DNA of 64,000 nt from Candidatus Levyibacteriota bacterium. GTDB taxonomy: Bacteria; Patescibacteriota; Microgenomatia; Levybacterales; UBA12049. Location of the stretch: contig PJMG01000001.1 of NCBI GenBank assembly GCA_003173895.1, positions 15,576-79,575 of the forward strand. Reading direction: 5' to 3'. This document shows, piece by piece, positions 44,959 to 54,024 of the stretch; the stretch's first letter is position 1, and each line of letters starts with the position of its first letter. A program made the position numbers and the translations under genes. A model generated the notes under the pieces. It was not told where the DNA came from, searched no databases, and saw only the letters and a program-made list of their open reading frames with translations.

Positions 44959-46836
44959 ATGTTAGTACCTTTATCTTGGCTAAAAGAATATGTTAATGTA
45001 ACGCTGGACCCTAGAACTTTAGGTGATCGATTAACTGAAGTGGGACTTTCATGCGAAAAAATTATAAAAACTTCAGATGATGTCATTCTAGAGTTAGAAA
45101 TTACTCCTAATCGTCCTGATTGGTTATCAATTATGGGTGTAGCACGTGAAGTAGCAGCAATCGAGAATAAAAAAATAAATTATCCAAAGTTAAAAACTAA
45201 TTTAAAACCAAAAGGTGATATTTTACCTCTTAAAATTCATCCAAATTATAAAATAACACCAAGAATTTCAGGAATAATCATCAATAATGTTAAAGTCGGT
45301 CTATCGCCAAAATGGCTGGTTGAGAAATTAGAACAATTAGGACAAAGGTCAATTAATAATATTGTGGATATAACTAATTTTGTGATGTGGGAGTTGGGAA
45401 ATCCTATTCATTCGTTTGATTATCATAGAATTGAAGGTTCTGAGATGTGGGTAAAACAATCAGCGGGTGGCGAAGAATTTGAATCTGTAGATAATATTAA
45501 ATATAAATTACCAAAAGGAGCAATAGTTTATGAAGATAAGAATAAAATATTTGATTTAGTAGGAATTAAAGGCGGCGCGAATAGTGGAACTTATGATGAT
45601 ACAAAAGCAGTATTTATAGTTGTAGAAGTTGATGACCCGGTACTAATTAGAAAGGCATCACAAAAATTAGCTCTTAGATCTGATGCTAGTGCTATATTTG
45701 AAAGAAATGTTAATCGTGGTGGAACAATTGATGCTCTAAGGCGAGTTACTGATTTAATTTTAGAATTAGCAGGAGGCAATATAGCTAGTAATTTAATAGA
45801 TCTTAAAGAAGAAGAATTTAATCCATGGAAATTAGATTTAAGTTTAGAAAGATTAGAATTTGTGTTAGGAATTAAAATATCAGAAAAAGATGTAATAAAT
45901 ATTTTAGATAAATTATCGCTAAATCCTAAAAAATTAAAAGGCAATATTATTCAGTGTTTAATTCCTACTTACCGAAATGATTTAAAAATAGAAGAGGATT
46001 TAATAGAAGAAGTCGCTAGAATTTATGGTTATAATAATTTTCCAAAAACTCTTCCAACTGGACAAATTCCAACTGATGAAATTCCACATTATAAAGATTA
46101 TTTACTTTACGATAAAGCTAAAAATATTTTAACAGGCGCAGGATTTTCTGAAATTTATACTTACTCTCTAGTTAGTAAAAAGGATTTAGAAGAGAATGAT
46201 ATAGAAATAGTAGATTTAATCAAAGTTACTAATCCTGTGAGTTTAGAATTTGAATATCTAAGACCGAGTTTATTAATAAATCTTAAAAAAGCATATAAAT
46301 TAAATATATCTAATTTTAAAGAGGTAAATTTATTTGAGTTAGGTAAAATTTATCATGGTAAAACTTTAGAAACAGCCAAAGAACCATATTATTTAAGTGG
46401 AATTACAAATTCTTTAAATTTCGCACGGGTAAAAGGAGTTATAGAAAGACTAATTAGTGAATTAGGATTAGCTGATGCTAAATATGATATTTCCTTAAGT
46501 GGTAAAACTATAATTTTTGACATGAATTTTAGTGATGCTATAAAAAATAGAAATACTAAAAAAATCTTTAAACCAATTTCTAAATATCCACCCATAACTG
46601 AAGATTTATCTCTAGAATTAAATGAAAATGTAAAAGTCGGTGAAGTAATAGAAGTAATTAAAAAACAGAGTAATTTAGTGTCTGATGTTTCACTTTTAGA
46701 TATTTATGGAAACACTAAAACATTTCATATTATTTATTTAGACGAAAATAAAAATTTAACCAATGAAGAAGTAGGGGAGATTAGAGAAAAAATTATAAAA
46801 GTACTAAAAGATAAATTTAATGCGAGAATTAAATAA
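44959..46836 (+). CDS. pheT: Phenylalanine--tRNA ligase beta subunit (shortened, no N-terminal tRNA-binding domain)
   Basis: N-terminus MLVPLSWLKEYVNV. B3/4, B5 and C-terminal FDX-ACB-like regions. About 625 aa, against roughly 800 aa typical. Confidence 0.8.
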   Translation: MLVPLSWLKEYVNVTLDPRTLGDRLTEVGLSCEKIIKTSDDVILELEITPNRPDWLSIMGVAREVAAIENKKINYPKLKTNLKPKGDILPLKIHPNYKITPRISGIIINNVKVGLSPKWLVEKLEQLGQRSINNIVDITNFVMWELGNPIHSFDYHRIEGSEMWVKQSAGGEEFESVDNIKYKLPKGAIVYEDKNKIFDLVGIKGGANSGTYDDTKAVFIVVEVDDPVLIRKASQKLALRSDASAIFERNVNRGGTIDALRRVTDLILELAGGNIASNLIDLKEEEFNPWKLDLSLERLEFVLGIKISEKDVINILDKLSLNPKKLKGNIIQCLIPTYRNDLKIEEDLIEEVARIYGYNNFPKTLPTGQIPTDEIPHYKDYLLYDKAKNILTGAGFSEIYTYSLVSKKDLEENDIEIVDLIKVTNPVSLEFEYLRPSLLINLKKAYKLNISNFKEVNLFELGKIYHGKTLETAKEPYYLSGITNSLNFARVKGVIERLISELGLADAKYDISLSGKTIIFDMNFSDAIKNRNTKKIFKPISKYPPITEDLSLELNENVKVGEVIEVIKKQSNLVSDVSLLDIYGNTKTFHIIYLDENKNLTNEEVGEIREKIIKVLKDKFNARIK

Positions 46837-46838
46837 TT

Positions 46839-47210
46839 ATGTTTAAAAATATTTCTACTGTTTTAATTTGGTCAGAAAATTTCAGAGCACTTTCTGACTG
46901 GTATAAAGAAAAGTTAAATTTAGAAGTGGCTAATGAACTAAATCATCCACAGGATACTGGAGTTTTATTTAAAGTCGGCAATGTTAACTTATGGATCGGA
47001 CAGCACGATAAGGTTCATGGTAAAAATTTAGATCCACATCGTCATATGTTTAATATAAATGTGGACTCAGTAACTGAAGGTTACGAACTTTTAAAAAGTC
47101 GCGGTGTAGAATTTTTAGCCACTCCTTTTAAAGCACCTACTATGGATCGCTATTTCGCCACTTTTTATGATTTAGATGGAAATTTAGTGCAGTTAATAGG
47201 AGATAAATAA
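46839..47210 (+). CDS. VOC/glyoxalase-bleomycin resistance family protein
   Basis: Two beta-alpha-beta-beta-beta modules, with His/Glu positions typical of VOC. Confidence 0.55.
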   Translation: MFKNISTVLIWSENFRALSDWYKEKLNLEVANELNHPQDTGVLFKVGNVNLWIGQHDKVHGKNLDPHRHMFNINVDSVTEGYELLKSRGVEFLATPFKAPTMDRYFATFYDLDGNLVQLIGDK

Positions 47211-47211
47211 C

Positions 47212-47478
47212 ATGGCAACCCTGGATGATTTAGAAAAAAGAGTAGAGAAGATAGAAAACAGAAATAAAAGAGTGGAAACAGATAAAGCTTGGGAAGGAAG
47301 TTGGACTCGTAAAATTCTTCTTATTATTTTTACATATTTATCCATTTCTCTTTATTTGAAATTTATAGTTGGCATTGATCCATGGATTAATGCTGTAATC
47401 CCAGCCATTGGCTTTCTATTATCAACCCTCACTCTCCCATGGTTTAAAAAATTGTGGAGTAACTATTGGCACAAATAA
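47212..47478 (+). CDS. Small membrane protein, hypothetical
   Basis: Coiled-coil N-terminus plus two TM segments. Confidence 0.35.
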   Translation: MATLDDLEKRVEKIENRNKRVETDKAWEGSWTRKILLIIFTYLSISLYLKFIVGIDPWINAVIPAIGFLLSTLTLPWFKKLWSNYWHK

Positions 47479-47567
47479 ATTCAAATCCTGAAATTCCAAT
47501 ATCCCAATATAGGATCAAAGCTACGCCGTTTTATAATCCTTAATTTACCTATTTTTCTAAATATGAA

Positions 47568-49559
47568 TTGACAAATTACAAACATCATGATATAAGACAA
47601 GTTAAATTATATTATATGCCTACTTTACCTGAACAATTTCAAGCAGCCATGGAAAGGATACAAGGTGCTATAGGTGGAGCAGAAAATCGTATTGAAAGAT
47701 CGCGAAAATTTCTTAATGACATCTCTAGAGGTAGTAATTACACATTTGTACCAGGAGATAAATTTGCAATTGATCCCACTACTGGAATAGCAACTTATAA
47801 TGTTGAATTTTATCTTGAGCGTGGTTATTCTGAAAGACAAATGCTATTCGCTTTAGCTCATGAATTGAGAGATCATCTGGTTGAACACGATAAGTTAGTG
47901 GCTACGCCTGAAGGAGAAATAGCAGCCGAGAATCAACAAATAGAACTAGCAAATAAAGAATGGCTTAGAATTTGGCGAAATTCTAGAGAAGATATTGCAG
48001 GTAATCTATCTATTCTTAAATATCTTGCTCCTTCTTTACGTCCTGCTACTGAACGTTTATATAGAAAAAAACTTTTCCCAAATAGAGATTTTACCCAACT
48101 TCCTAGACATGTACAATTTTCTTATGCGGTTTTGGTAAAAACCATGTTACCAAATGCAACTGATATTAAAATTTCTCCTGAAGTTCAAGAAGTTTTAGAT
48201 AGGCTATCTAATACAGAATTTGAAGCTCCAGATAATGACGGAACCCTAACTAACATGGAAAATCCATTAGCCTATGTAACAGCTCCAGATGATTTATATA
48301 GCGCAAATGAACGCGCTTTATGGAGATTACAAGTAAGTAGAGATCTTATCGAACCTGAAATAGAAAAACTTTATCAACAAGATCTGGCTAATCCTAATAA
48401 AAATTGGTCAAAAGGAAATAATGATGATTCATTTTCAGAAGTTTATAAACAATATGATGACAGTATTCATCCTGATCCATGGGATAATCCCAATGAGCCA
48501 AAAAAAGAAAAAAAAGGTGGTAAGGATAAATCTGATGACAAAACAGGAGAGGATAAAGAGGCTGAAAATGAGGATGAAGAGGAAAAAGAAGCGGATGCAG
48601 ATATAGATGAAGATGAATTGCACGGAGATATGGAACAAAAAATGCGTGCTGCATTTATGCGCCAAAATAATCTAACTGAAGGAGAAATGAGTGTATTAGA
48701 TAATTATGATAGTGTATACAAACAAATTCAACCTTACCTAGATAAATTAAAAACTATATTTTTATCTATCGTTGATAGAACCATTAATATAGAGGAGGAT
48801 ATTGCTATACGTCAGAGAAGAGGACGTTTAACGTCTGAGGGAATTCATAGTGCATATGTTTATAGTAAAAGAGGTATTAGTGAACCACCTCCGGGTCGAA
48901 CAAATTTATCAGGAGAAATAATTCATGAAGAAGTACGACCTATTCCTTCCACTTGGCATTTAGTGGCTGATCAAAGCTCAAGTATGCAAGGAGAAAGAAC
49001 TCGAGCTCAATTACGTTCGGCAGTATTGTTCATTGAGGTGCTAGCTGAGATTGAAGAACAATTAAAATCTATGAGAAATATACATTCAAGCGCTATTGAC
49101 ATCAAATCTGATTTAAGAGGTTTTAGCTCAGGCGTAAGAATATATAAAAAAATTGAAGATATACTTTCTCCTCAAAAAAGAATCGAAATATTTCAAGGAT
49201 TATCCCGAACTTTTTTAGATACTAACGATTATGATGCCTTGGAACAAATTGCAAATGAGATTGATAAAAAAGGCTCAAATTATAAAAATGAAATTGCTAC
49301 TAGACATAGGAAAGAAATTGTGGTAGTGTTATCAGACGGACAAAGCAATAGCAGCAAGCTATTAAAAGAACAGATAGAAAGATTAAGAGATATGGGAGTA
49401 AAAGTTATAGGACTAGGTATGACTGAAAGTGCAATATCAATTATAGATTCCTATAGTCCTGAAGGAAGAGTTTGTAAAGATATTTCAGATTTACCTAAAT
49501 ACTTAGCTGAAATTATTCTTGAAGATTTAGTTGTAAAAGAAAGTGAGGAAACAAATTAA
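47568..49559 (+). CDS. VWA-domain protein with N-terminal HExxH (zincin/SprT-like) motif and acidic linker
   Basis: The MIDAS motif D-Q-S-S-S lies within LVADQSSSMQGER. VVLSDGQSN is typical of VWA domains. An N-terminal motif LAHELRDHLVEHD contains HExxH. A poly-acidic D/E/K stretch follows. Confidence 0.55.
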   Translation: MTNYKHHDIRQVKLYYMPTLPEQFQAAMERIQGAIGGAENRIERSRKFLNDISRGSNYTFVPGDKFAIDPTTGIATYNVEFYLERGYSERQMLFALAHELRDHLVEHDKLVATPEGEIAAENQQIELANKEWLRIWRNSREDIAGNLSILKYLAPSLRPATERLYRKKLFPNRDFTQLPRHVQFSYAVLVKTMLPNATDIKISPEVQEVLDRLSNTEFEAPDNDGTLTNMENPLAYVTAPDDLYSANERALWRLQVSRDLIEPEIEKLYQQDLANPNKNWSKGNNDDSFSEVYKQYDDSIHPDPWDNPNEPKKEKKGGKDKSDDKTGEDKEAENEDEEEKEADADIDEDELHGDMEQKMRAAFMRQNNLTEGEMSVLDNYDSVYKQIQPYLDKLKTIFLSIVDRTINIEEDIAIRQRRGRLTSEGIHSAYVYSKRGISEPPPGRTNLSGEIIHEEVRPIPSTWHLVADQSSSMQGERTRAQLRSAVLFIEVLAEIEEQLKSMRNIHSSAIDIKSDLRGFSSGVRIYKKIEDILSPQKRIEIFQGLSRTFLDTNDYDALEQIANEIDKKGSNYKNEIATRHRKEIVVVLSDGQSNSSKLLKEQIERLRDMGVKVIGLGMTESAISIIDSYSPEGRVCKDISDLPKYLAEIILEDLVVKESEETN

Positions 49560-52000
49560 TGGCAAATATAGAATTAACACCAATACCTAACAGACCTGCT
49601 AATTTAGATCCCAGAGTTATAGCTGCAGCAGATGCAATAACAGAAAGGACTAGACTTGAAAGCGTACAAGCAGGACTGGGAACTAGTATTCAAACTGGAA
49701 TATATTCTGAATTAGATCAAAGAACTAGAAGAGGATTAGCTGCTAGATTAACTGAATTAGATTCTCAAATAAATGTAGTACAGCAAGATAAAAGACTTAA
49801 TGAAGCTTTAGACAACGAAATTCAACGCAGAGATATAATTAGTCAACGTGCTCAACAAGCTTTAACTAGTGATAAAAGTATATATGATCTAAGAATTCTA
49901 GAACGGGGTTTAGTAAATAATAAACAGATACCTGTAGAAGCAAGACAAACTGCCATAAGTGAACTTAAACAACAATTATTAGAAGAATTACAAAGAAGAC
50001 AAGCTTTATTAAAAGAACCTAGCGTATTTTTTGAATATAGGCTGCAAAAATTGATGGAGTACCAACAGCAACTCTTGACAGGAGATCATTTTGTGGAATT
50101 ACCTACTCGTTTAGACCTTCAATATAAAATAATTGATGAATGGCTACATGGAAGTAGAGTTATGGCAGTAGGGCATACCGGTACTGGAAAAACTGAATTA
50201 ATGAAACATGCAGCAAGAGTTGTATCTGGAAAAGAACCATATGTTCTCCAAGGTGATCCTCATTTATTACCAGGTGAATTTGTGGGAGATTGGACTATGC
50301 AAGATGGATCAACTGTTTATCAACCTGCTGATTTAGTCAAAGCAATTATTCGTGGAGAACCATTCATTTATGACGATATGAACGTAACTCCAAATAGAAC
50401 TAATATGGGACTTAAATCTCTTTTTAACTTAAGAACAGGTAGTAAAATTAATGTTAAGAAACCTGATGGATCAGGAGTAGTACAAGAGACAGTAGCTGAA
50501 GGTTATTATTTTGGAGGGACACAAAATCCTCCAACAACTCAGTACAGACGCGAAGAAACATGGACAGAAATTGATAAAAATTTTTCTCATATAGATGTAG
50601 ATTATTTACCTGCAGATGAATTATATGACTTAGTAGTAGCGTCTATGTTAGATAGTACAGGTGGTTTACCCTTATCTAAAAATGACGCTCAAAATACTCT
50701 TAGAGAGCTTTGTGATACAGTAGCTTTTATACAACAAGCATATACGGGACAAGCAAATATTGAAGGTAGTGGTGGAATAATTAATAAAACTCAAACTTTA
50801 GAAAAAACGGTTGTAGATGCAGGAAAAATTATTTCTATGTTAAGTGGTTGGGAAGGTGCATCATCTTCTGAAAGTTTTAAAACTTATATAAGCCGTCAAT
50901 TTTTAAGAGAGTTTATTAATAATAAAAATTTGCCACCTTCTGATAGATACTATCTATTACAAATTATGGTTTTAAGAGGATTTTTCAGGGGCTTTAATGT
51001 ATCAGAATTTAATATTGAGGGTTATCCTACAGAGATACTTAAGAGTGACCTAAGTGCCTGGGGATTTTCATCAGCAGATAAACAAACTCATGATCATCAA
51101 GAATTATATCCTGAAGAAGTAGCAAGATTGGATCCTTACGGAAAAGTTCTTTCACTTATGAGAGAAGTTAATGTTCACCCTGATCACGAGGTTGTGAGAC
51201 AAGGAAGAAGAAGGATAACGCCTATTAGTTCTAATGATGACGAGAGAGTAGCAGCTATATTAAGAGGAGGAAAAAAAAATAATGGGTCAACAACGTCCAC
51301 ATCAGGAGAAGCAATAGTAGAATCTCATAATGAAGCGTTAGCACGTATAAAAAGTGTTAAAAGACAGATTAAATTTATGACTACTCCTCCAAGGACATTT
51401 TTTGTATTTCCAGGAGTAGGCATAGATGAACTTGAGGATTTACGACCTGCAATCATTAATCTTTTAGCTCCATTAACATACAATAGATTAAGATGGTATG
51501 AAAGATTATTGATTAATAGGGAAAAACAGCTAGTTAATGCTATTCAGAGATCTCCAGTATTCTCAGTTGAGGAATGGACAGAAGCTGTAAAAGCATATAA
51601 TGCTTTATCTTCTAGAGAAAATACTGAAGGCAATACAGATGAATTTTCTTTTACTGTAATTCCTGCAGACCGTAGAATGACTTATAAATTCACAATGTCT
51701 GGAGAAGCAGCAAGTGCAATTAATAATCGTTTTCCTAGACTTACTAGTGGCGAAGATGTAAAGAAGATCTGGAATGTCCTTTTTTCTAGACCAATCAAGG
51801 ATGATAAATATTCTGAGGTACAAAAAGCAACTATATTATCATTATATCAATTATTAAGAACTACTAATCTACCAGACATAAAACAAATGGCTTATATGTA
51901 TTTAAAAGATTTTATCTCTTCTTCTAGAAATTCTGCTTTAGTTGAAAAATGGTATGGTGCCAGTCAAGCTGCTTCAATTCGCCGAGCTCTAGGCTTATAA
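49559..52000 (+). CDS. AAA+ ATPase domain protein (MoxR-like partner of VWA protein), large
   Basis: Walker A VGHTGTGKTEL. Coiled-coil N-terminus. Start overlaps the upstream stop (ATGG/TAATGG). Confidence 0.5.
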   Translation: MANIELTPIPNRPANLDPRVIAAADAITERTRLESVQAGLGTSIQTGIYSELDQRTRRGLAARLTELDSQINVVQQDKRLNEALDNEIQRRDIISQRAQQALTSDKSIYDLRILERGLVNNKQIPVEARQTAISELKQQLLEELQRRQALLKEPSVFFEYRLQKLMEYQQQLLTGDHFVELPTRLDLQYKIIDEWLHGSRVMAVGHTGTGKTELMKHAARVVSGKEPYVLQGDPHLLPGEFVGDWTMQDGSTVYQPADLVKAIIRGEPFIYDDMNVTPNRTNMGLKSLFNLRTGSKINVKKPDGSGVVQETVAEGYYFGGTQNPPTTQYRREETWTEIDKNFSHIDVDYLPADELYDLVVASMLDSTGGLPLSKNDAQNTLRELCDTVAFIQQAYTGQANIEGSGGIINKTQTLEKTVVDAGKIISMLSGWEGASSSESFKTYISRQFLREFINNKNLPPSDRYYLLQIMVLRGFFRGFNVSEFNIEGYPTEILKSDLSAWGFSSADKQTHDHQELYPEEVARLDPYGKVLSLMREVNVHPDHEVVRQGRRRITPISSNDDERVAAILRGGKKNNGSTTSTSGEAIVESHNEALARIKSVKRQIKFMTTPPRTFFVFPGVGIDELEDLRPAIINLLAPLTYNRLRWYERLLINREKQLVNAIQRSPVFSVEEWTEAVKAYNALSSRENTEGNTDEFSFTVIPADRRMTYKFTMSGEAASAINNRFPRLTSGEDVKKIWNVLFSRPIKDDKYSEVQKATILSLYQLLRTTNLPDIKQMAYMYLKDFISSSRNSALVEKWYGASQAASIRRALGL

Positions 52001-52184
52001 TTAATATATTCTTATTCCACAAAGTAAATAAAATAACATATATTTGGACGAGCAGTTAAAGAACTTTTAATAAAAAAATAGTGAATAAAAGAGCAGGGAT
52101 TTTCTTCAAAATTTTAGAACAAAATAAAAATAATTCTATGTCAAATTCTAAAATTAAATTTATTATTAATGCTACAATATTACT

Positions 52185-53354
52185 ATGTTTAAAGCTATAA
52201 TTTTAATAATTTTTGGACTCTTCTTAGGAAGTATAGCATCATTAATTTATATTTTTTATTTTTATAACACTCCTATTAAATTAAATAATTTCTCGTTTAA
52301 TCAAATCATCAATAATACTTCATCCAAACAAATAATTGGATTTCTTCCATATTGGCTTTTAGATAAAGCACAAACTGATTATTCTAAATACGTTACTACA
52401 CTTTCATATTTTGCCATCCGAATAAGTAGTGATGGAAGTATTCAAAAATTATCTACTCCTACTCAAGAAGAAGCAGGATGGTATGCACTAGAAAGTGGAA
52501 AAGTAGATCCATTCTTAAATTTTGCAAAACAGAATAACGAAAAACTTTCATTAGTAGTCGATAGTGGTGATGTTAATGCCATAAATAAATTTATTTCTAA
52601 TCCTGAAAAAAGTAGTATAAATTTGATTAGTGATGTAAAACCATTATTAAACAAGTATGGATTTTCTGATCTAAATTTAGATATAGAATACACTCAAGAT
52701 GCATCAGATCAACAGAGATCGGAATTTAGTAATTTTATAAAGGATGTTCGCGTACTTTTACCAAAAGATAAAACTCTTACACTTGAGATTAGTCCAATTG
52801 ATGCAGTTCAAAAAAGATTAATAGATATTAAAGCAATAAATCCTTACATAGACCATATAGTTATTATGGCTTATGATTATCATGCACCAGATTCATTTGT
52901 TACAGGCCCCGTAGCACCTTTAAATGGAGGAGGAATAACCTCAGAGTATGATGTATCAGAAGCAATTGATAAAACACTATTAATTATTTCACCGTCAAAA
53001 TTAATTTTAGGAATACCACTTTATGGCTATGAATGGGAGATTTTAGGAGATGTTCCCAGAAGTGCGGTAATTCCAGGAAGTGGAGTGATTGCTAGTAATG
53101 ATAGAGTAGAGAATTTATTAAATAATTGTACTAATTGTAAGTTAGCGTTTGATTCTCAAGCTCAAGAATCTTATGTAACTTTTTTTAGCAATGATACTAA
53201 TACAACTCATTTAATATATTTCCCAGATATAACTTCCACAAAAGCTAAAGTAAATTTTGCGAATGATAATAATCTGGGTGGATTAGCACTTTGGGCGTTA
53301 GGTTATGAAGGAAGTAATATTTTAAACCCGATTATAAATTATAAAAATAATTAA
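52185..53354 (+). CDS. Glycoside hydrolase family 18-like protein, membrane-anchored
   Basis: The GH18 catalytic motif D-x-x-D-x-D-x-E appears as DLNLDIEY, together with MAYDYH. N-terminal TM segment. TACAAT -10 box lies 6 nt before the ATG, so the mRNA is leaderless. Confidence 0.6.
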   Translation: MFKAIILIIFGLFLGSIASLIYIFYFYNTPIKLNNFSFNQIINNTSSKQIIGFLPYWLLDKAQTDYSKYVTTLSYFAIRISSDGSIQKLSTPTQEEAGWYALESGKVDPFLNFAKQNNEKLSLVVDSGDVNAINKFISNPEKSSINLISDVKPLLNKYGFSDLNLDIEYTQDASDQQRSEFSNFIKDVRVLLPKDKTLTLEISPIDAVQKRLIDIKAINPYIDHIVIMAYDYHAPDSFVTGPVAPLNGGGITSEYDVSEAIDKTLLIISPSKLILGIPLYGYEWEILGDVPRSAVIPGSGVIASNDRVENLLNNCTNCKLAFDSQAQESYVTFFSNDTNTTHLIYFPDITSTKAKVNFANDNNLGGLALWALGYEGSNILNPIINYKNN

Positions 53355-54004
53355 GGATTAGTCGTGAAAGTTTTAGAATTATTATTAAAAATTAAATCTT
53401 CACCACTTTTAATATTTTGAATAATAGTTTTATTATTAGTATCAGTAAAAGCAATGGTTACATCGCCGGTTTTTATACTTATTTTAATGGTAGAGTCATT
53501 TTTATCTACACTGATTTCACTTTCACCATCATTAATATTTATTAATAAATCCAGCGCTCTAACTGAAACAGGAATACTACTATTTAATTTTTCATATTCT
53601 AATTTACCAAATAATTGATTAAAAACTAAATTAGCAGGAAGTGTTTGAATAATAGATAACTTACTATTAGCACTTATAGAAATAAAAACAATGTTATTAA
53701 AAGCCATTTTTAAACTACTATTAGTACCCGTTTCTACTTCTTCTCCCTGTTGAATATTTTGAGGTTTAGTGATTAACTGCTGATTATTATCACGAGCTGT
53801 CCAAAGTATAGTTCCTGATAAACCAGTAATTTTCCCAGTTAAACTGTCACTTGGAGCATTAAAAAGTGAAAGTTCAGAAGTTATAAGTGGAGAAACAATT
53901 TTATTTACGTTTACTTTATTAATTTTAAAATAAATAAAAATTGTTGATAAAAATCCTATTACTACAGCTAAGAAAAATAAAAATATTTTAAATATAAATT
54001 TCAC
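53351..54004 (-). CDS. Hypothetical membrane-anchored protein
   Basis: N-terminal TM segment. ORF only. Confidence 0.4.
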   Translation of the reverse strand: MKFIFKIFLFFLAVVIGFLSTIFIYFKINKVNVNKIVSPLITSELSLFNAPSDSLTGKITGLSGTILWTARDNNQQLITKPQNIQQGEEVETGTNSSLKMAFNNIVFISISANSKLSIIQTLPANLVFNQLFGKLEYEKLNSSIPVSVRALDLLININDGESEISVDKNDSTIKISIKTGDVTIAFTDTNNKTIIQNIKSGEDLIFNNNSKTFTTNP

Positions 54005-54024
54005 TTCCTATTTATAATATCAGA

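Noticed and set aside
48394-48665. Three overlapping small ORFs (86, 61, 76 aa) in several frames
   Set aside because: They arise from the low-complexity GA/GAA-rich region encoding the poly-acidic linker of the VWA protein. They have no independent signals.
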